Shown here in pieces: positions 37,324 through 46,920 of a stretch of 64,000 nt of DNA. The DNA lies in IMG/VR virus record IMGVR_UViG_2643221865_000004. One strand, given 5' to 3'. The stretch's first letter is position 1. Each line of letters starts with the position of its first letter. A program made the translations under genes and the position numbers. This DNA comes from an uncultured virus (IMG/VR IMGVR_UViG_2643221865_000004). Lineage: Duplodnaviria; Heunggongvirae; Uroviricota; Caudoviricetes. The notes below the pieces were generated by a model. That model was not told the DNA's origin. It did not search any database and worked only from the letters and a program-made list of their open reading frames with translations.

Positions 37324-40300
37324 TTACTGCTGGTTCTTGGTCTTCCACTGGTCGAACGCCTGAGCGTCAGCCAGGTTGGTCGACGCGGCCCGCTGCTGCG
37401 CGAACACCGGCTGGAGCGTCGGCCCGGCCGGGGCCGGAGCCTGCTGCGGTGCCTGCTGCGGGGCGGCGCCGGGAACTGCTGCGCCCGGAGCGGGTGCTGC
37501 AGGTGCGCCACCCGGGTTGGTGCGCTGCGTTGCAGCCTTCGCCACGTGCTTCTCGTACTCGGTCTGGCCTTGGACCTTGTCCGAGACTTCCTTCGCCTTC
37601 AGGAGCCGTTCTCGGATCTCGGTTTCCTGTGTCGCGTAGGTGTCGGCCTTCGCGCTGTCCGCCAGGGTCATCTTGTCGGACACCTTCTTGTGCAGCTTCA
37701 CTGCACTGTAGGCAGCGATTCCGACGGGACCTGCGATGACGGCCGCTGTTGCCGGCAGGCCGTGCTTCAGGGCCCAACCGGTGCCCTTGGCTGCTTCCTT
37801 CGTCACGGAGCCGAGCGCCTGCTTGGAGAACTTCACCGGGTGCTTCGCGAGGTCCCGGAGGTCCTCCCCTGCCTGGTCCTTCCAGTTCCACTTCGGGTCG
37901 CGGAGCTTCTCGCGGCCTTCGGGTGTCGCTGCTTCCTGCGGTGCGGTGAGCACCGACGCGGCGGAGTCGCCGTCGTGGAGCAAGTCGTCGAACGGCTTGG
38001 CCTCCTTCTCGTCCGGGGCTTCCGGTGCGAAGCTGCCGTCGATGGTGGAGTCGCGGCCGAACTCGGTCGACGCTGCAGCCATGTCTGCGGCTGCTGACGG
38101 GTTCGTCGGTCCGGCATCGTTCGCGGCGGCGGTGCCTGCAGCTGCACCCGCAGCGGCGGCAGCCGCGGCGGCCGCGGCGGTGTCGTCCTTGCCGAAGAGC
38201 TCCTCCCGGATGCGTGCTTCCATGGCGGTGGTGTCGCCGGTCTGGTCGAACAGCTTCCGTTCCTTCTTCGCGGCGTTCGCCTCGTCCTTGTTCTTCTTCT
38301 CCAGGGCCTTCGTCTCAGCCTTGGTGCGGGGCAGGTCGCCGGAGCCGGAACGGTTGCCGGCAGCACCGGATGCTCCGTTTCCGCCGGGGCCGGAGGTGAT
38401 GCCTCGGCCGGTCGCCAGGGGGTTGCCGTTCTCGTCGACGCCGCCCTTGTTGCGGTTCAGGCCGAGGGTGTCGCGAGCCTTTCCGGTCGCCTTGTTCCAG
38501 GTGCGGTTCTGGACCGAGTTCACCAGTGCGCCGCCGGCTGCTGCAGCTCCGCCGCCCCACGCCATCATTCCGGCTGGGGTCATCGGTGACGGCTTCTTCA
38601 GGACGTTCTTGAACAGCATGTGGAGGCCGACCATGGCGAAGATCGGTGCCATGCCCACCCAGACGATGCTGATCAGGGTGCCTGGTGCGGCGAGGACCAG
38701 CCCCATGTCGATCATCGACTGGGTCATCCAGGTGACGAGGACGAAGATGAGGGTGCTGGCGGAGGCGAGGACGGTGAAGCCGACGACCTGCTTCAGCATG
38801 CTGGCGAGCTTCGCTCCGGGGCCCTCGCGGGAGAACATGGAGGCGATGAGGGTGATCATCATGGTCATGACTGTGAGGACGGCCATGATCTTGGCGAACA
38901 TGATGATGCCGGACAGGGCAACGCCGAGGATCAGCGTGACGACGATCGTGGACAGGTAGGACATCAGGATGAGTCCGAGGGATGCGAACCCGTCGCCGGA
39001 GTTGACGCTGTTGACGAAGTTCGTCACCTCAGGGTCGTTGCTGTACTCGTTGATCTCGGCGGATCCGCCTTCGCCGACGCCGATGCGGAATCCGCTCCAG
39101 TAGTCGTCTTCGCCGTCAGCGCCGTCCATGCCGTTGCCGGACACCTGGGTGTCGTGCTGCCACCAGGTCTTGCAGTACTGGGCGTCCATCCAGGGCTTGC
39201 TGGTGTCTCCGAAGCGGTACTTGAACGCGTCCTCGATGTACCAGCTGTCGCCGTCCCAGTTGCAGGCGGCCCAGGCGATCATCGACTTGGCTTCGTCGGC
39301 GTTGTTGTACTGGTGCCATGCGCGGGACTTGTCGCCCGTGTTGTTTCCGGCTTCTGCTGAGCTGGCGATACCGGGGACGCCGTCGGTGGTCAGGTTGAAC
39401 TGTGTGGTGGTGCTGACACCGATGAGCTGGTCGGCGCGGTGGCACCAGACCTTGTTGGCGTAGGGGTTGCCGGCGCCGAACTGGACGGACTTCCAGGTTT
39501 CCAGGGCGGTGGTCTGCCAGAGGGAGCTGATCGATTCGAGGGTGGCTGAGGAGCCGTTGGATTTGAACGCGGACTGCTGGGCGGCGGCGATGTTCGCTTC
39601 GTACCTGTCGCAGGAGAGCTGCCCGCCGAGTTTGCCTTCGACCTCCGCGGTGCCGGTGGACGGGTCGGAGAAGTTGATGGCGTTCAGGGAGCTGAGGGCG
39701 GCGTTCATGCCGTCGTCGAGGAAGCCGGTGGTGGTTTTCAGCAGCCAGGCCGGCGATCCGGTGCCGGGTGTGAAGCCGGCGCCGGTGCCGTGGCTGGCTG
39801 TAGCTCCGGTTCCGAGCATGCCGATGAAGGCTACGGTGCCGACGACGCCGAGCATCCGCTTCCACAGGCGGGAGGAGTCACGGCCGCGGGCTTGGTTCCA
39901 GAAGATGGCGCCGAGCAGGGCGATCGCCACGGCCACGAAGATGAGCGGCTGCGACCAGACGGCGTTCTTCAGCTTCTTCGTTCCCTCGTCGATCTTCTCC
40001 CCGAGAGCGTCGATCGGCTGCATGTCTGCAGCGAAGTCGGACAGCATCCCGGTGAGTCCCCAGAGGAGGCTGAGCCCGGAGAGACACATCTCCTTCATGG
40101 ACTTCTGGACGTTGAGACCGGCGGACTTGAAGATGTCGTCCGGCTCGCGGACGTACAGTTTCGACGTGATGTCGGACCAACGGTTCAGCCCGATCCACTC
40201 GCTCGTCTTCGGGTCGTCGCTGCCGGACGGCTTGACCGACGGCGACGGGTCGCCGAGGGCTGCCGACGCCTGGACTGACGTGGAAGCGAGCTCGACCTGA

Positions 40301-40440
40301 GCTGACGCCACAGACTGGGTGATCTCGGACTGGTGGCTGATGACTGCGGCGTTTGCGGCGGTCGGTGCGAAGACGATGGACAGCGCGATGAACGCCCCGA
40401 TGAGGGTGGCCAGTCGAGTGCGTCTGGTGGGGGTGTTCAT
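37324..40440 (-). CDS. polytopic conjugative membrane protein (VirB6/TrbL/TcpH-like)
   Basis: Signal peptide, TM block, extracellular loop, 5-TM block, long low-complexity cytoplasmic tail; operon with 40453 and 40987. Confidence 0.6.
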   Translation of the reverse strand: MNTPTRRTRLATLIGAFIALSIVFAPTAANAAVISHQSEITQSVASAQVELASTSVQASAALGDPSPSVKPSGSDDPKTSEWIGLNRWSDITSKLYVREPDDIFKSAGLNVQKSMKEMCLSGLSLLWGLTGMLSDFAADMQPIDALGEKIDEGTKKLKNAVWSQPLIFVAVAIALLGAIFWNQARGRDSSRLWKRMLGVVGTVAFIGMLGTGATASHGTGAGFTPGTGSPAWLLKTTTGFLDDGMNAALSSLNAINFSDPSTGTAEVEGKLGGQLSCDRYEANIAAAQQSAFKSNGSSATLESISSLWQTTALETWKSVQFGAGNPYANKVWCHRADQLIGVSTTTQFNLTTDGVPGIASSAEAGNNTGDKSRAWHQYNNADEAKSMIAWAACNWDGDSWYIEDAFKYRFGDTSKPWMDAQYCKTWWQHDTQVSGNGMDGADGEDDYWSGFRIGVGEGGSAEINEYSNDPEVTNFVNSVNSGDGFASLGLILMSYLSTIVVTLILGVALSGIIMFAKIMAVLTVMTMMITLIASMFSREGPGAKLASMLKQVVGFTVLASASTLIFVLVTWMTQSMIDMGLVLAAPGTLISIVWVGMAPIFAMVGLHMLFKNVLKKPSPMTPAGMMAWGGGAAAAGGALVNSVQNRTWNKATGKARDTLGLNRNKGGVDENGNPLATGRGITSGPGGNGASGAAGNRSGSGDLPRTKAETKALEKKNKDEANAAKKERKLFDQTGDTTAMEARIREELFGKDDTAAAAAAAAAAGAAAGTAAANDAGPTNPSAAADMAAASTEFGRDSTIDGSFAPEAPDEKEAKPFDDLLHDGDSAASVLTAPQEAATPEGREKLRDPKWNWKDQAGEDLRDLAKHPVKFSKQALGSVTKEAAKGTGWALKHGLPATAAVIAGPVGIAAYSAVKLHKKVSDKMTLADSAKADTYATQETEIRERLLKAKEVSDKVQGQTEYEKHVAKAATQRTNPGGAPAAPAPGAAVPGAAPQQAPQQAPAPAGPTLQPVFAQQRAASTNLADAQAFDQWKTKNQQ

Positions 40441-40452
40441 GGAGTCTTCGTC

Positions 40453-40983
40453 CTAGTCGAGAAGGTCTGAGCGTGTGGTGGGGGTGGCTTGGGTCTTGGC
40501 CGTCTTCCCGTAGGCGGGTGCGAGGGAGACATCCCGTCGGGTCTTCCCCTTCGCAGGCAGAGGGTCGGGGCCGAACAGGTCCGGCCCGGGGATGGAGGTC
40601 CCGCCGAGCACCGCCTCCGAAGAGGAGACGACCCGGCCGATGCTGGAGTGCTTCGGGAGTGGGACGCCGCAGACGAGGATCTGCTTCGACAGCTCCTTGG
40701 CGGCTTTCCGGTCGACCAGCAGTTTGTACATCGGCATCTGCAGGCCCTTCTGTGCCCTGTACCGGAACAGGAACCATCCCAGTACAGAGCACAGAGCAGG
40801 CACGATGACGAGGGCGGGCATGCCGATGATCGCGTAGACGATGATCGTCGGGAACAACGAGGCGATGAGCGAGAAGATCGTGATGATCGTCGTCGTCTTA
40901 TCAGCCTCGAAGGTCAGGATGATGATCTTCCGGTCGACGTTCTTCTTTCGCCCAGTGAGGTGCGTGAGCGAATAGAAGTACAT
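40453..40983 (-). CDS. two-TM protein (TcpE/PrgI/VirB3-like by position)
   Basis: Two TM helices; lies between pilin-like and VirB6-like genes. Confidence 0.5.
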   Translation of the reverse strand: MYFYSLTHLTGRKKNVDRKIIILTFEADKTTTIITIFSLIASLFPTIIVYAIIGMPALVIVPALCSVLGWFLFRYRAQKGLQMPMYKLLVDRKAAKELSKQILVCGVPLPKHSSIGRVVSSSEAVLGGTSIPGPDLFGPDPLPAKGKTRRDVSLAPAYGKTAKTQATPTTRSDLLD

Positions 40984-40986
40984 GGC

Positions 40987-41322
40987 TTACGCGGAGGTGC
41001 CGGAGATCGACTGCAGCAGCTTCACTGCGGCGTTGATGACGAGCTGGAGGGCTGTCAGGATCGCCGGGATCAGGAAGTTCGGGCCGATCATCAGTCCGCC
41101 GAGGGCCAGGGTCCACCAGATGGGGCTCTGGCGGGCGCCGCCTCCGCGTCGCTTGTCCCAGAAGAACTTCAGGATGGACCATGCGATCAGGGCGACGCCG
41201 ACGATGGTGACCGTCGTCTCGACGGCGCTTCCCTCGTAGGAGCCCGACACCTTCTGCCAGAAGGTGCTCCATGCGCCCTTGAGGTCCAGCGTGCTGGAGG
41301 TTCCTGCGGTGTGGATGAGCAT
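40987..41322 (-). CDS. small two-TM protein (VirB2/TrbC pilin-like by size and position)
   Basis: 111 aa, two hydrophobic helices, GAAAGG SD; tandem C (41375) and A (41418) motifs. Confidence 0.5.
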   Translation of the reverse strand: MLIHTAGTSSTLDLKGAWSTFWQKVSGSYEGSAVETTVTIVGVALIAWSILKFFWDKRRGGGARQSPIWWTLALGGLMIGPNFLIPAILTALQLVINAAVKLLQSISGTSA

Positions 41323-41476
41323 TATGTGTGCCTTTCAGGTCGTTGCGGCTTTCCAGCCGGGGCTGACCGCAAGACATGTGGCGAATCGCCGGTGTCCTTG
41401 TAGGTCAACCGGAGGCATAAGTGTGCGGCCGGTTCAGGAGTCCCGAACCGGCCGCTGGTGGTGCTTGTGACGCTGC

Positions 41477-42694
41477 TTAGACGAGACGGCGCGTGCGCTT
41501 CTCGGCTCCTTCAGTCGCCAGGTGGAGTGCGGACTCCCACAGCTCGTGGGCGTAGTCAGCGCGAGCGCGGACCATCTCCACGAAGTCCTCCTTGGCGGAC
41601 TGGGTGATGTTTCCGAACGGGGCGAACAGGGCGTCCGAACCGTCGGTCTTGTAGCCGAACATGAAGTCGCTGCAGGCGTCGAGGACGTCCTCCTGGTTGC
41701 GGAGGGTGGCGGCGACCTTGCGGCCTTCCTTCTCGGTGAAGAGGTCGGAGACCGGTGCGGGTGCGTCGAACGCGACGGCGACAGCCGGGTAGAAGTTCCG
41801 TCGGGTCTGGGCGAGGCTGAGGTTCCCGACTTCGCGGGCTTCCAGCATCTGGTCTGCGACGGAGCCCTCGCCCACGTAGGTGGTGCCGCGGCCGTAGCCG
41901 GAGTCCTCCATGACCTCGTCAGCGAACGTCTCCGAGTACGCGTCGAGGCTGGTGTTGCCTCCGGCGAGGTACTTCTCGAACCCCTTCTCCGGGCGGTTGC
42001 GGGGGTTGAAGTTGGAGCCGACACGCATCTCCTTGGCGAGCAGCGACACCTCACGCTTGGTGTAGCTCACGCCGACACGCTCAGCTTCGTCGATGGCCTG
42101 CTTCAGCAGACCGATCGCCTTCTTCGTCTCGTGGCGGACGCCTTCGTTGATGATGCGCGACGGGATCTTGTTCCCGACGGACTGGATGACCTTCTTGTTG
42201 ACGACCTTGCCGACGTGGACACGGTCGTACATCTCGGCGACGAGGGTGCCGGCGGCTTCCGTCATCTGCTCGTACGTCATCGGGGTGCGGCTGTAGATGC
42301 CGGCCATGACCTTGTTGGCTTCGTGGAGCAGCTGGCTTGCGCCTTCGCGGACGATCTTGTTGTCGGAGGAGCGGATCATCGCGGTGAAGTTGGCGTAGCC
42401 TTCGTCGTCGATGTCGTAGTCGTCCGACTCGTCGTCCTCGTCCTCAGCGACGTTCTCAGCGTCGACGTCGTTCAGGTCCTCGTCGGCGTCCGGCTCGGTG
42501 AGGTGCTCGTAGGTGGCGAGGAGCTCGTCGAGGTTCTCCGGCTCGACGATGTCGGTTCCGAGGACCATGCCGTCGACGCGGTAGGTCTTCTCGCCGTAGC
42601 GTCCCTTCTCGCCCAGACCCTGCTTGCGGGGCTGGACCGTCTGGACTGCAACGAGCTTCGGAGCGGCGGTCGTGGAGGTGGTGTTTTTCGTCAT
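41477..42694 (-). CDS. hypothetical protein, possibly a divergent sigma-like factor
   Basis: Start moved to ATG 42694 (18 nt after class A motif); QPR..GRY tag, acidic tract, GVSYTKRE...TSLD; function speculative. Confidence 0.75.
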   Translation of the reverse strand: MTKNTTSTTAAPKLVAVQTVQPRKQGLGEKGRYGEKTYRVDGMVLGTDIVEPENLDELLATYEHLTEPDADEDLNDVDAENVAEDEDDESDDYDIDDEGYANFTAMIRSSDNKIVREGASQLLHEANKVMAGIYSRTPMTYEQMTEAAGTLVAEMYDRVHVGKVVNKKVIQSVGNKIPSRIINEGVRHETKKAIGLLKQAIDEAERVGVSYTKREVSLLAKEMRVGSNFNPRNRPEKGFEKYLAGGNTSLDAYSETFADEVMEDSGYGRGTTYVGEGSVADQMLEAREVGNLSLAQTRRNFYPAVAVAFDAPAPVSDLFTEKEGRKVAATLRNQEDVLDACSDFMFGYKTDGSDALFAPFGNITQSAKEDFVEMVRARADYAHELWESALHLATEGAEKRTRRLV

Positions 42695-42762
42695 GAACCG
42701 TAGGTGTGCGGCACATTTCGGGTCCGATTCGGTGACGGCGTGTCGCCAGTGCTGACGCGGAA

Positions 42763-43473
42763 TTAGCCGTTCAGGCCGGGGACCAATTTCAGGTCCGCGA
42801 GAGGCCACAGGACCACGGCGGCTCGCCCCATGACGAGGTCTTCGTCGACGTACGGTCCGGACGGGTCGTCCTGGTGGAATCGGGAGTCCGCGGAGTTCTC
42901 CCGGTTGTCTCCCATGACCCACAACTTCCCGTCGGGGACGGTGATGTCGAACGGGACTGTGGAGGCGCTGGTGACGGTCCTCGGCAGGTACGGTTCGTCC
43001 AGCGGGGCGTCGTTCAGGAGGAGGACCCCGTCTGATCCGACGGCCACGTGGTCGCCGGGGAGGCCGATGACGCGTTTGACGAGCAGGTCTCCGTGGGTGT
43101 CGGCGATCACTTTCGCGTCCACCAGGAACTCGTACAGCGGGTCCGGCATGGTTTGGGTGTTCGGAGGAAGCCATCCGCCCGGGTCTTCGAACACGACGAC
43201 GTCGCCTCGTTCGATATCGAATACGTGCCCGGTGAGTTGCTCCACGCCGACCCTGTCGCCGACCTTCAACGTCGGGTCCATCGATGCGCTGGGGATCAGG
43301 GCGAGGGTGAACAGGTACTGCCGGATGAGGACGGCGGCGACGATGGAGACGGCGATCACGATCGTGTAGCTCAGCAGGCGTCTCCACCCGCGGCCGCGTC
43401 GCTGCTTCGTCATCGCCTTCCGGCGCGTCGGCTGTGCGCGGCGGCCCCGCGACTTCTCTGTCTCATCCGTCAC
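42763..43473 (-). CDS. lepB: signal peptidase I
   Basis: IPSASMDPTL, LLVKRVIGLPGD, GDNRENSADSR; class C motif 18 nt upstream. Confidence 0.95.
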   Translation of the reverse strand: MTDETEKSRGRRAQPTRRKAMTKQRRGRGWRRLLSYTIVIAVSIVAAVLIRQYLFTLALIPSASMDPTLKVGDRVGVEQLTGHVFDIERGDVVVFEDPGGWLPPNTQTMPDPLYEFLVDAKVIADTHGDLLVKRVIGLPGDHVAVGSDGVLLLNDAPLDEPYLPRTVTSASTVPFDITVPDGKLWVMGDNRENSADSRFHQDDPSGPYVDEDLVMGRAAVVLWPLADLKLVPGLNG

Positions 43474-43498
43474 ACGGGAAAGGCATGTGGCGGAACGG

Positions 43499-44323
43499 TC
43501 AGGTTCGGCAGCCGACCAGGATCGCTTTCATGGACTCCCGCTCGCCGTCTGTGACGGTCAGCGCGTACTTCGTTTTCACGGTGATCTGGCGGGCCAGGAA
43601 GTCGCAGGCGTAGGTGACGTCCGGTGGGGCCCACTGGTCGGCGGGACGGCCGGCCCGAGCGGACGAGGATGCTTCGTCGACGGTGATCATGTTCAGCGGG
43701 TCGTTGGCGAACTTCACCAGCTTCACCGGGTTCCAGGTGCTCGCCCCGGACTGCCAAGCGTCAGCGAGGCCCACAACGCGGTCCACGGTGATGGAGGCGG
43801 GGCTCTGCTTGCTGGTGTACTCCACCTTCGCTCCGGTGTACGGGTCGGTCAGCGAACCGGACTTCACCGTGCAGCCGTCCTTCGACTTCACCACTTTGGT
43901 GAGGTCGCGGTCCAAGGTGTCCGCGAAGGTGTCGCAGCCGTTCCTGTTGATGTCGACCCATCCGTCGCCGAACTCCGATGCGTCGAAGTTGTCGGCTGGG
44001 TCGTCTGTCGCGCCGAGCTTCTCCAAGCTCTTCAGGGCGCTCTTCGCTGAGATCGTCAGCTTCTTCGCCGGGGTGGCGGACTTCTTATCGTCGATGGTCT
44101 GCTCCACCTCAGCGGGTTCGCCCGGCGGGGCGTCGTCCGCTTCCTCTTCGGCGGTGGTGGACCCGGTGACAGACATGATCGCTGACGCGACTTCGCCGAG
44201 GGCGGCGTTCACTTTCGGCATCTGTCCGGAGGTGCTGAGCAGCACCACCAAGGCGATGACTCCGAGGAGGACGACGAAGCCGTTCTGGAAGAACCCTCCG
44301 CCGTTGTTCTGTCCGGGGCGCAT
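43499..44323 (-). CDS. secreted DUF1524/HNH-fold protein with substituted active-site residues
   Basis: FGDGWVD..NGCDT..LDRD..DPYTG..ITVDRVV..AW.SGA..FANDPLN. Confidence 0.8.
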   Translation of the reverse strand: MRPGQNNGGGFFQNGFVVLLGVIALVVLLSTSGQMPKVNAALGEVASAIMSVTGSTTAEEEADDAPPGEPAEVEQTIDDKKSATPAKKLTISAKSALKSLEKLGATDDPADNFDASEFGDGWVDINRNGCDTFADTLDRDLTKVVKSKDGCTVKSGSLTDPYTGAKVEYTSKQSPASITVDRVVGLADAWQSGASTWNPVKLVKFANDPLNMITVDEASSSARAGRPADQWAPPDVTYACDFLARQITVKTKYALTVTDGERESMKAILVGCRT

Positions 44324-44487
44324 CAGAACGGGACGGTGACGTCGATGGGGATGAACGGTCGGTCCGACAGCTGCACGGCGTCCAGGAAGACTGTGACGTC
44401 AGGCTGCGCCGCCTCATCGAACATGCTGGCGAAATCATCCGCGTTGATGGAGTCGGTGACGGCGTCCGCGTCGAAGAAAATGTCCAT
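44323..44487 (-). CDS. small acidic protein
   Basis: ATG 44487 is 18 nt after class B motif; TGATG coupling to the next gene. Confidence 0.6.
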   Translation of the reverse strand: MDIFFDADAVTDSINADDFASMFDEAAQPDVTVFLDAVQLSDRPFIPIDVTVPF

Positions 44488-44506
44488 GAGGCTTACATGC
44501 GCGGTT

Positions 44507-45064
44507 TCACGCAGCAATGCGGGAAACAGGGCTCAGCTGGATCGGGGCCGCCCCGATGCCGGCAACCTCCAAGGTGCGCTTGGCGGCAGCAGCCACGACA
44601 GCGTCATCGGCGTCGGAGAGGAAGTCCAGGATCTCCGGGTGGAGGCACCTGTTGCGGGCGGCGACCAGCTGCTCCTCGGGGAACGCTTCGTCGACCAGGT
44701 CCAGCTGCACTGTGAACGGGAGCTTCCCGAAGCTCGGGTTGGCGAACGCGCCGGCCGGGACCAGCAGACGGCTCTCGTGAAGGTGGAGCAGGTCGCCGGC
44801 GTTCAGCGATCGGTTCGACTGCGCAGCCTCAGCGATCAGCAGGTTCTCGTCCGCCGCCATGCTGAGCGCCGCCCGCCGGTCAGCCCAGGCGGCCTCCTGG
44901 GCGCGGGCGTCGTCGTACCGACGGAACCCAGCCTCCCAGTCGGCGGTGAACTCGTCAGCTTCCCATTGGAAGTCGGGGAGTTCAGCTTCGTGGCAGGGAG
45001 CTGAGGAGTACCGGCCGTTGCTGCTGCGGGGCTGGTCGATGAGAGCTGAGTCGGTGGTCTGCAT
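44507..45064 (-). CDS. hypothetical helical protein with QPR..GRY tag
   Basis: Class A motif 18 nt upstream. Confidence 0.8.
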   Translation of the reverse strand: MQTTDSALIDQPRSSNGRYSSAPCHEAELPDFQWEADEFTADWEAGFRRYDDARAQEAAWADRRAALSMAADENLLIAEAAQSNRSLNAGDLLHLHESRLLVPAGAFANPSFGKLPFTVQLDLVDEAFPEEQLVAARNRCLHPEILDFLSDADDAVVAAAAKRTLEVAGIGAAPIQLSPVSRIAA

Positions 45065-45082
45065 GAGTTCTAGGTGTGTGGC

Positions 45083-45973
45083 TCAGAAGTGCAGCGGCGC
45101 GCCTTCGTAGCCGCCGAAGTTCCGGTTCGTGAACGAACCGGCGGTGGACGCAGCGGAGGTCTTCCCGCGCTGGGTGCGTGCCGGCGACTGCCCCTGTGAC
45201 TTCAACGCCTGGTTCAAGTTCCGGCGGCTGGCTGCGGCAGCTGACCGCGCCAGCTTGTCGTAATCACCTCGGGAGTAACGCTTCCCGTCAGTCATGACGA
45301 ACTCGTCTGTCTGCCACGGGGCTTCGATCGCACCGATCGGCCCGAACCCAACGGTGACGTAGTTCCCGCCGTTTCCGTAGTCCCGGCCCTCACGGTTGTA
45401 CTCGTCGTTGCCGGAGATCACGCCCCCGGTGTTCTTCCGCCATTTGACGTCGCGGAGCGACTTGAAGAACGCCTCGGCGACAGCGCCGCCGCGTGCTGAA
45501 CTGACTGCGTGGTTGTTCTCGCCCACGGACCAGGTGACGGTACCTCTGTCCTTGTTGAAGGTGATGCATCCGCCATGAGGGGACGCGCTGAACTCCGTGG
45601 TGCGGTTGGTGGGGAAGTTCATGTCTGACTTCAACACCCGCGTCGGCTTGTCCTTGAATGCTCGGCCGTACTTGACCACCGCTTCGATGTCGTCAGAGAG
45701 GTCCACGTCGATGGAGACGCCGGAGGACCACCGGGATGGGGCGCTGATCACCTTCTTGGTTCTGGCGTGCTTGTCGCAGTAGTCGTCGAACGCTTTGTTG
45801 TACTCGCCGCGGTCCGACTTCTGCTTGGCGGTCAGTCCAGCCCAGAACTTCTGGGTGTGCTCGAACACCACCTCCTTGTGGGCGCGGTCGGCTTCTTCGA
45901 CGGCTTTGCGGAGCTGGGCGAACCCGGACGAAGGAAGGGTGATGGTCCCCTCCTCCCATTCGTACTTGGACAT
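45083..45973 (-). CDS. hypothetical protein with C-terminal STAGSF tag
   Basis: GGAG SD, operon with 45988; C-terminus RGKTSAASTAGSFTNRNFGGYEGAPLHF. Confidence 0.8.
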   Translation of the reverse strand: MSKYEWEEGTITLPSSGFAQLRKAVEEADRAHKEVVFEHTQKFWAGLTAKQKSDRGEYNKAFDDYCDKHARTKKVISAPSRWSSGVSIDVDLSDDIEAVVKYGRAFKDKPTRVLKSDMNFPTNRTTEFSASPHGGCITFNKDRGTVTWSVGENNHAVSSARGGAVAEAFFKSLRDVKWRKNTGGVISGNDEYNREGRDYGNGGNYVTVGFGPIGAIEAPWQTDEFVMTDGKRYSRGDYDKLARSAAAASRRNLNQALKSQGQSPARTQRGKTSAASTAGSFTNRNFGGYEGAPLHF

Positions 45974-45987
45974 GTTCTAGCTCCGGC

Positions 45988-46890
45988 TCAGACGGCAGCG
46001 TCGTAGTAGATCTCGAACTCGATGTCCGAGCCGAACGGTGGAACCAGGCGGGTGCCGGCGGTTCCCGTGCCGGCGCGGTCGGTCATACGAACCGGGGAGC
46101 CGTTCTCGAGGATGTCGGGGAGGTCATCCTCGGACTTGCCGAGAGCTGAGACGACATCGGAGGTGTGCGCCTTCGTGGAGTCGAACCAGAAGATGAACGA
46201 CGACGGGGTCTCGCGTGTCGGGTCGCCCAACGCTTCACCGCGGACGGTGGCGGCATGGGCATAGCCGAGAGCTTTGGCGAAGCGGCGCATCTCGTCGTCG
46301 TCCAGAGGGCGGGTGGTCTGGATACGGATCTGGCTGGTGTCGTAGGTGGGCTGAGCGCCGGCGCCGGAACGGCGGAACACGGTCCCGTCGTCGGTGATGA
46401 CCGTGTCGTGGAACGAGCCGAGGCGGGCGGCCTCAGCTGCGTTGGGGAACGAATACGTCGTAGTGGGTGTGGTTTGAGCAGCGCGAGCCGGCGTCGGGAC
46501 GGCGACGGGCGTCACGGGTGCGGCGACATGGAGGCCGAGGACCTTCTCCAAGCTGACAGCGACGTCCACACGGCCGGACGCAGCGAGCTCGTTGATGAGG
46601 GCGGACACACGGGTGGCGTCCTCGTCGGAGTACCCGTGCTCCTCCTCGAACAGCTCTCGGTACAGGTCGGCACGGACCAGGTCGTTGTCGGCATGAGCCT
46701 GGTTCAGACGGTCCGCGAACTCCTCTGTTGCCGTCAGGCCCAGGGTCTTGCCGTTTCGGGCCAGCCAGTCGGAGACGTCGGCGGCGCTGACGTTCTCGCG
46801 GATGGTGGTCTGTGCTGCCGCGAAGGTGCGGAAGTCGGCGCGGCCGTTGGCGGCACGGTTGGTGTGGATGCTGGTGTCGAACTTGCTCAT
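45988..46890 (-). CDS. hypothetical protein (paralog of 54575..55450)
   Basis: DDGTVF..RIQTTRPL; class A motif 19 nt upstream. Confidence 0.8.
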   Translation of the reverse strand: MSKFDTSIHTNRAANGRADFRTFAAAQTTIRENVSAADVSDWLARNGKTLGLTATEEFADRLNQAHADNDLVRADLYRELFEEEHGYSDEDATRVSALINELAASGRVDVAVSLEKVLGLHVAAPVTPVAVPTPARAAQTTPTTTYSFPNAAEAARLGSFHDTVITDDGTVFRRSGAGAQPTYDTSQIRIQTTRPLDDDEMRRFAKALGYAHAATVRGEALGDPTRETPSSFIFWFDSTKAHTSDVVSALGKSEDDLPDILENGSPVRMTDRAGTGTAGTRLVPPFGSDIEFEIYYDAAV

Positions 46891-46920
46891 GACGTTCTAG
46901 GTGTGTGGCGCAGCCCCAGG

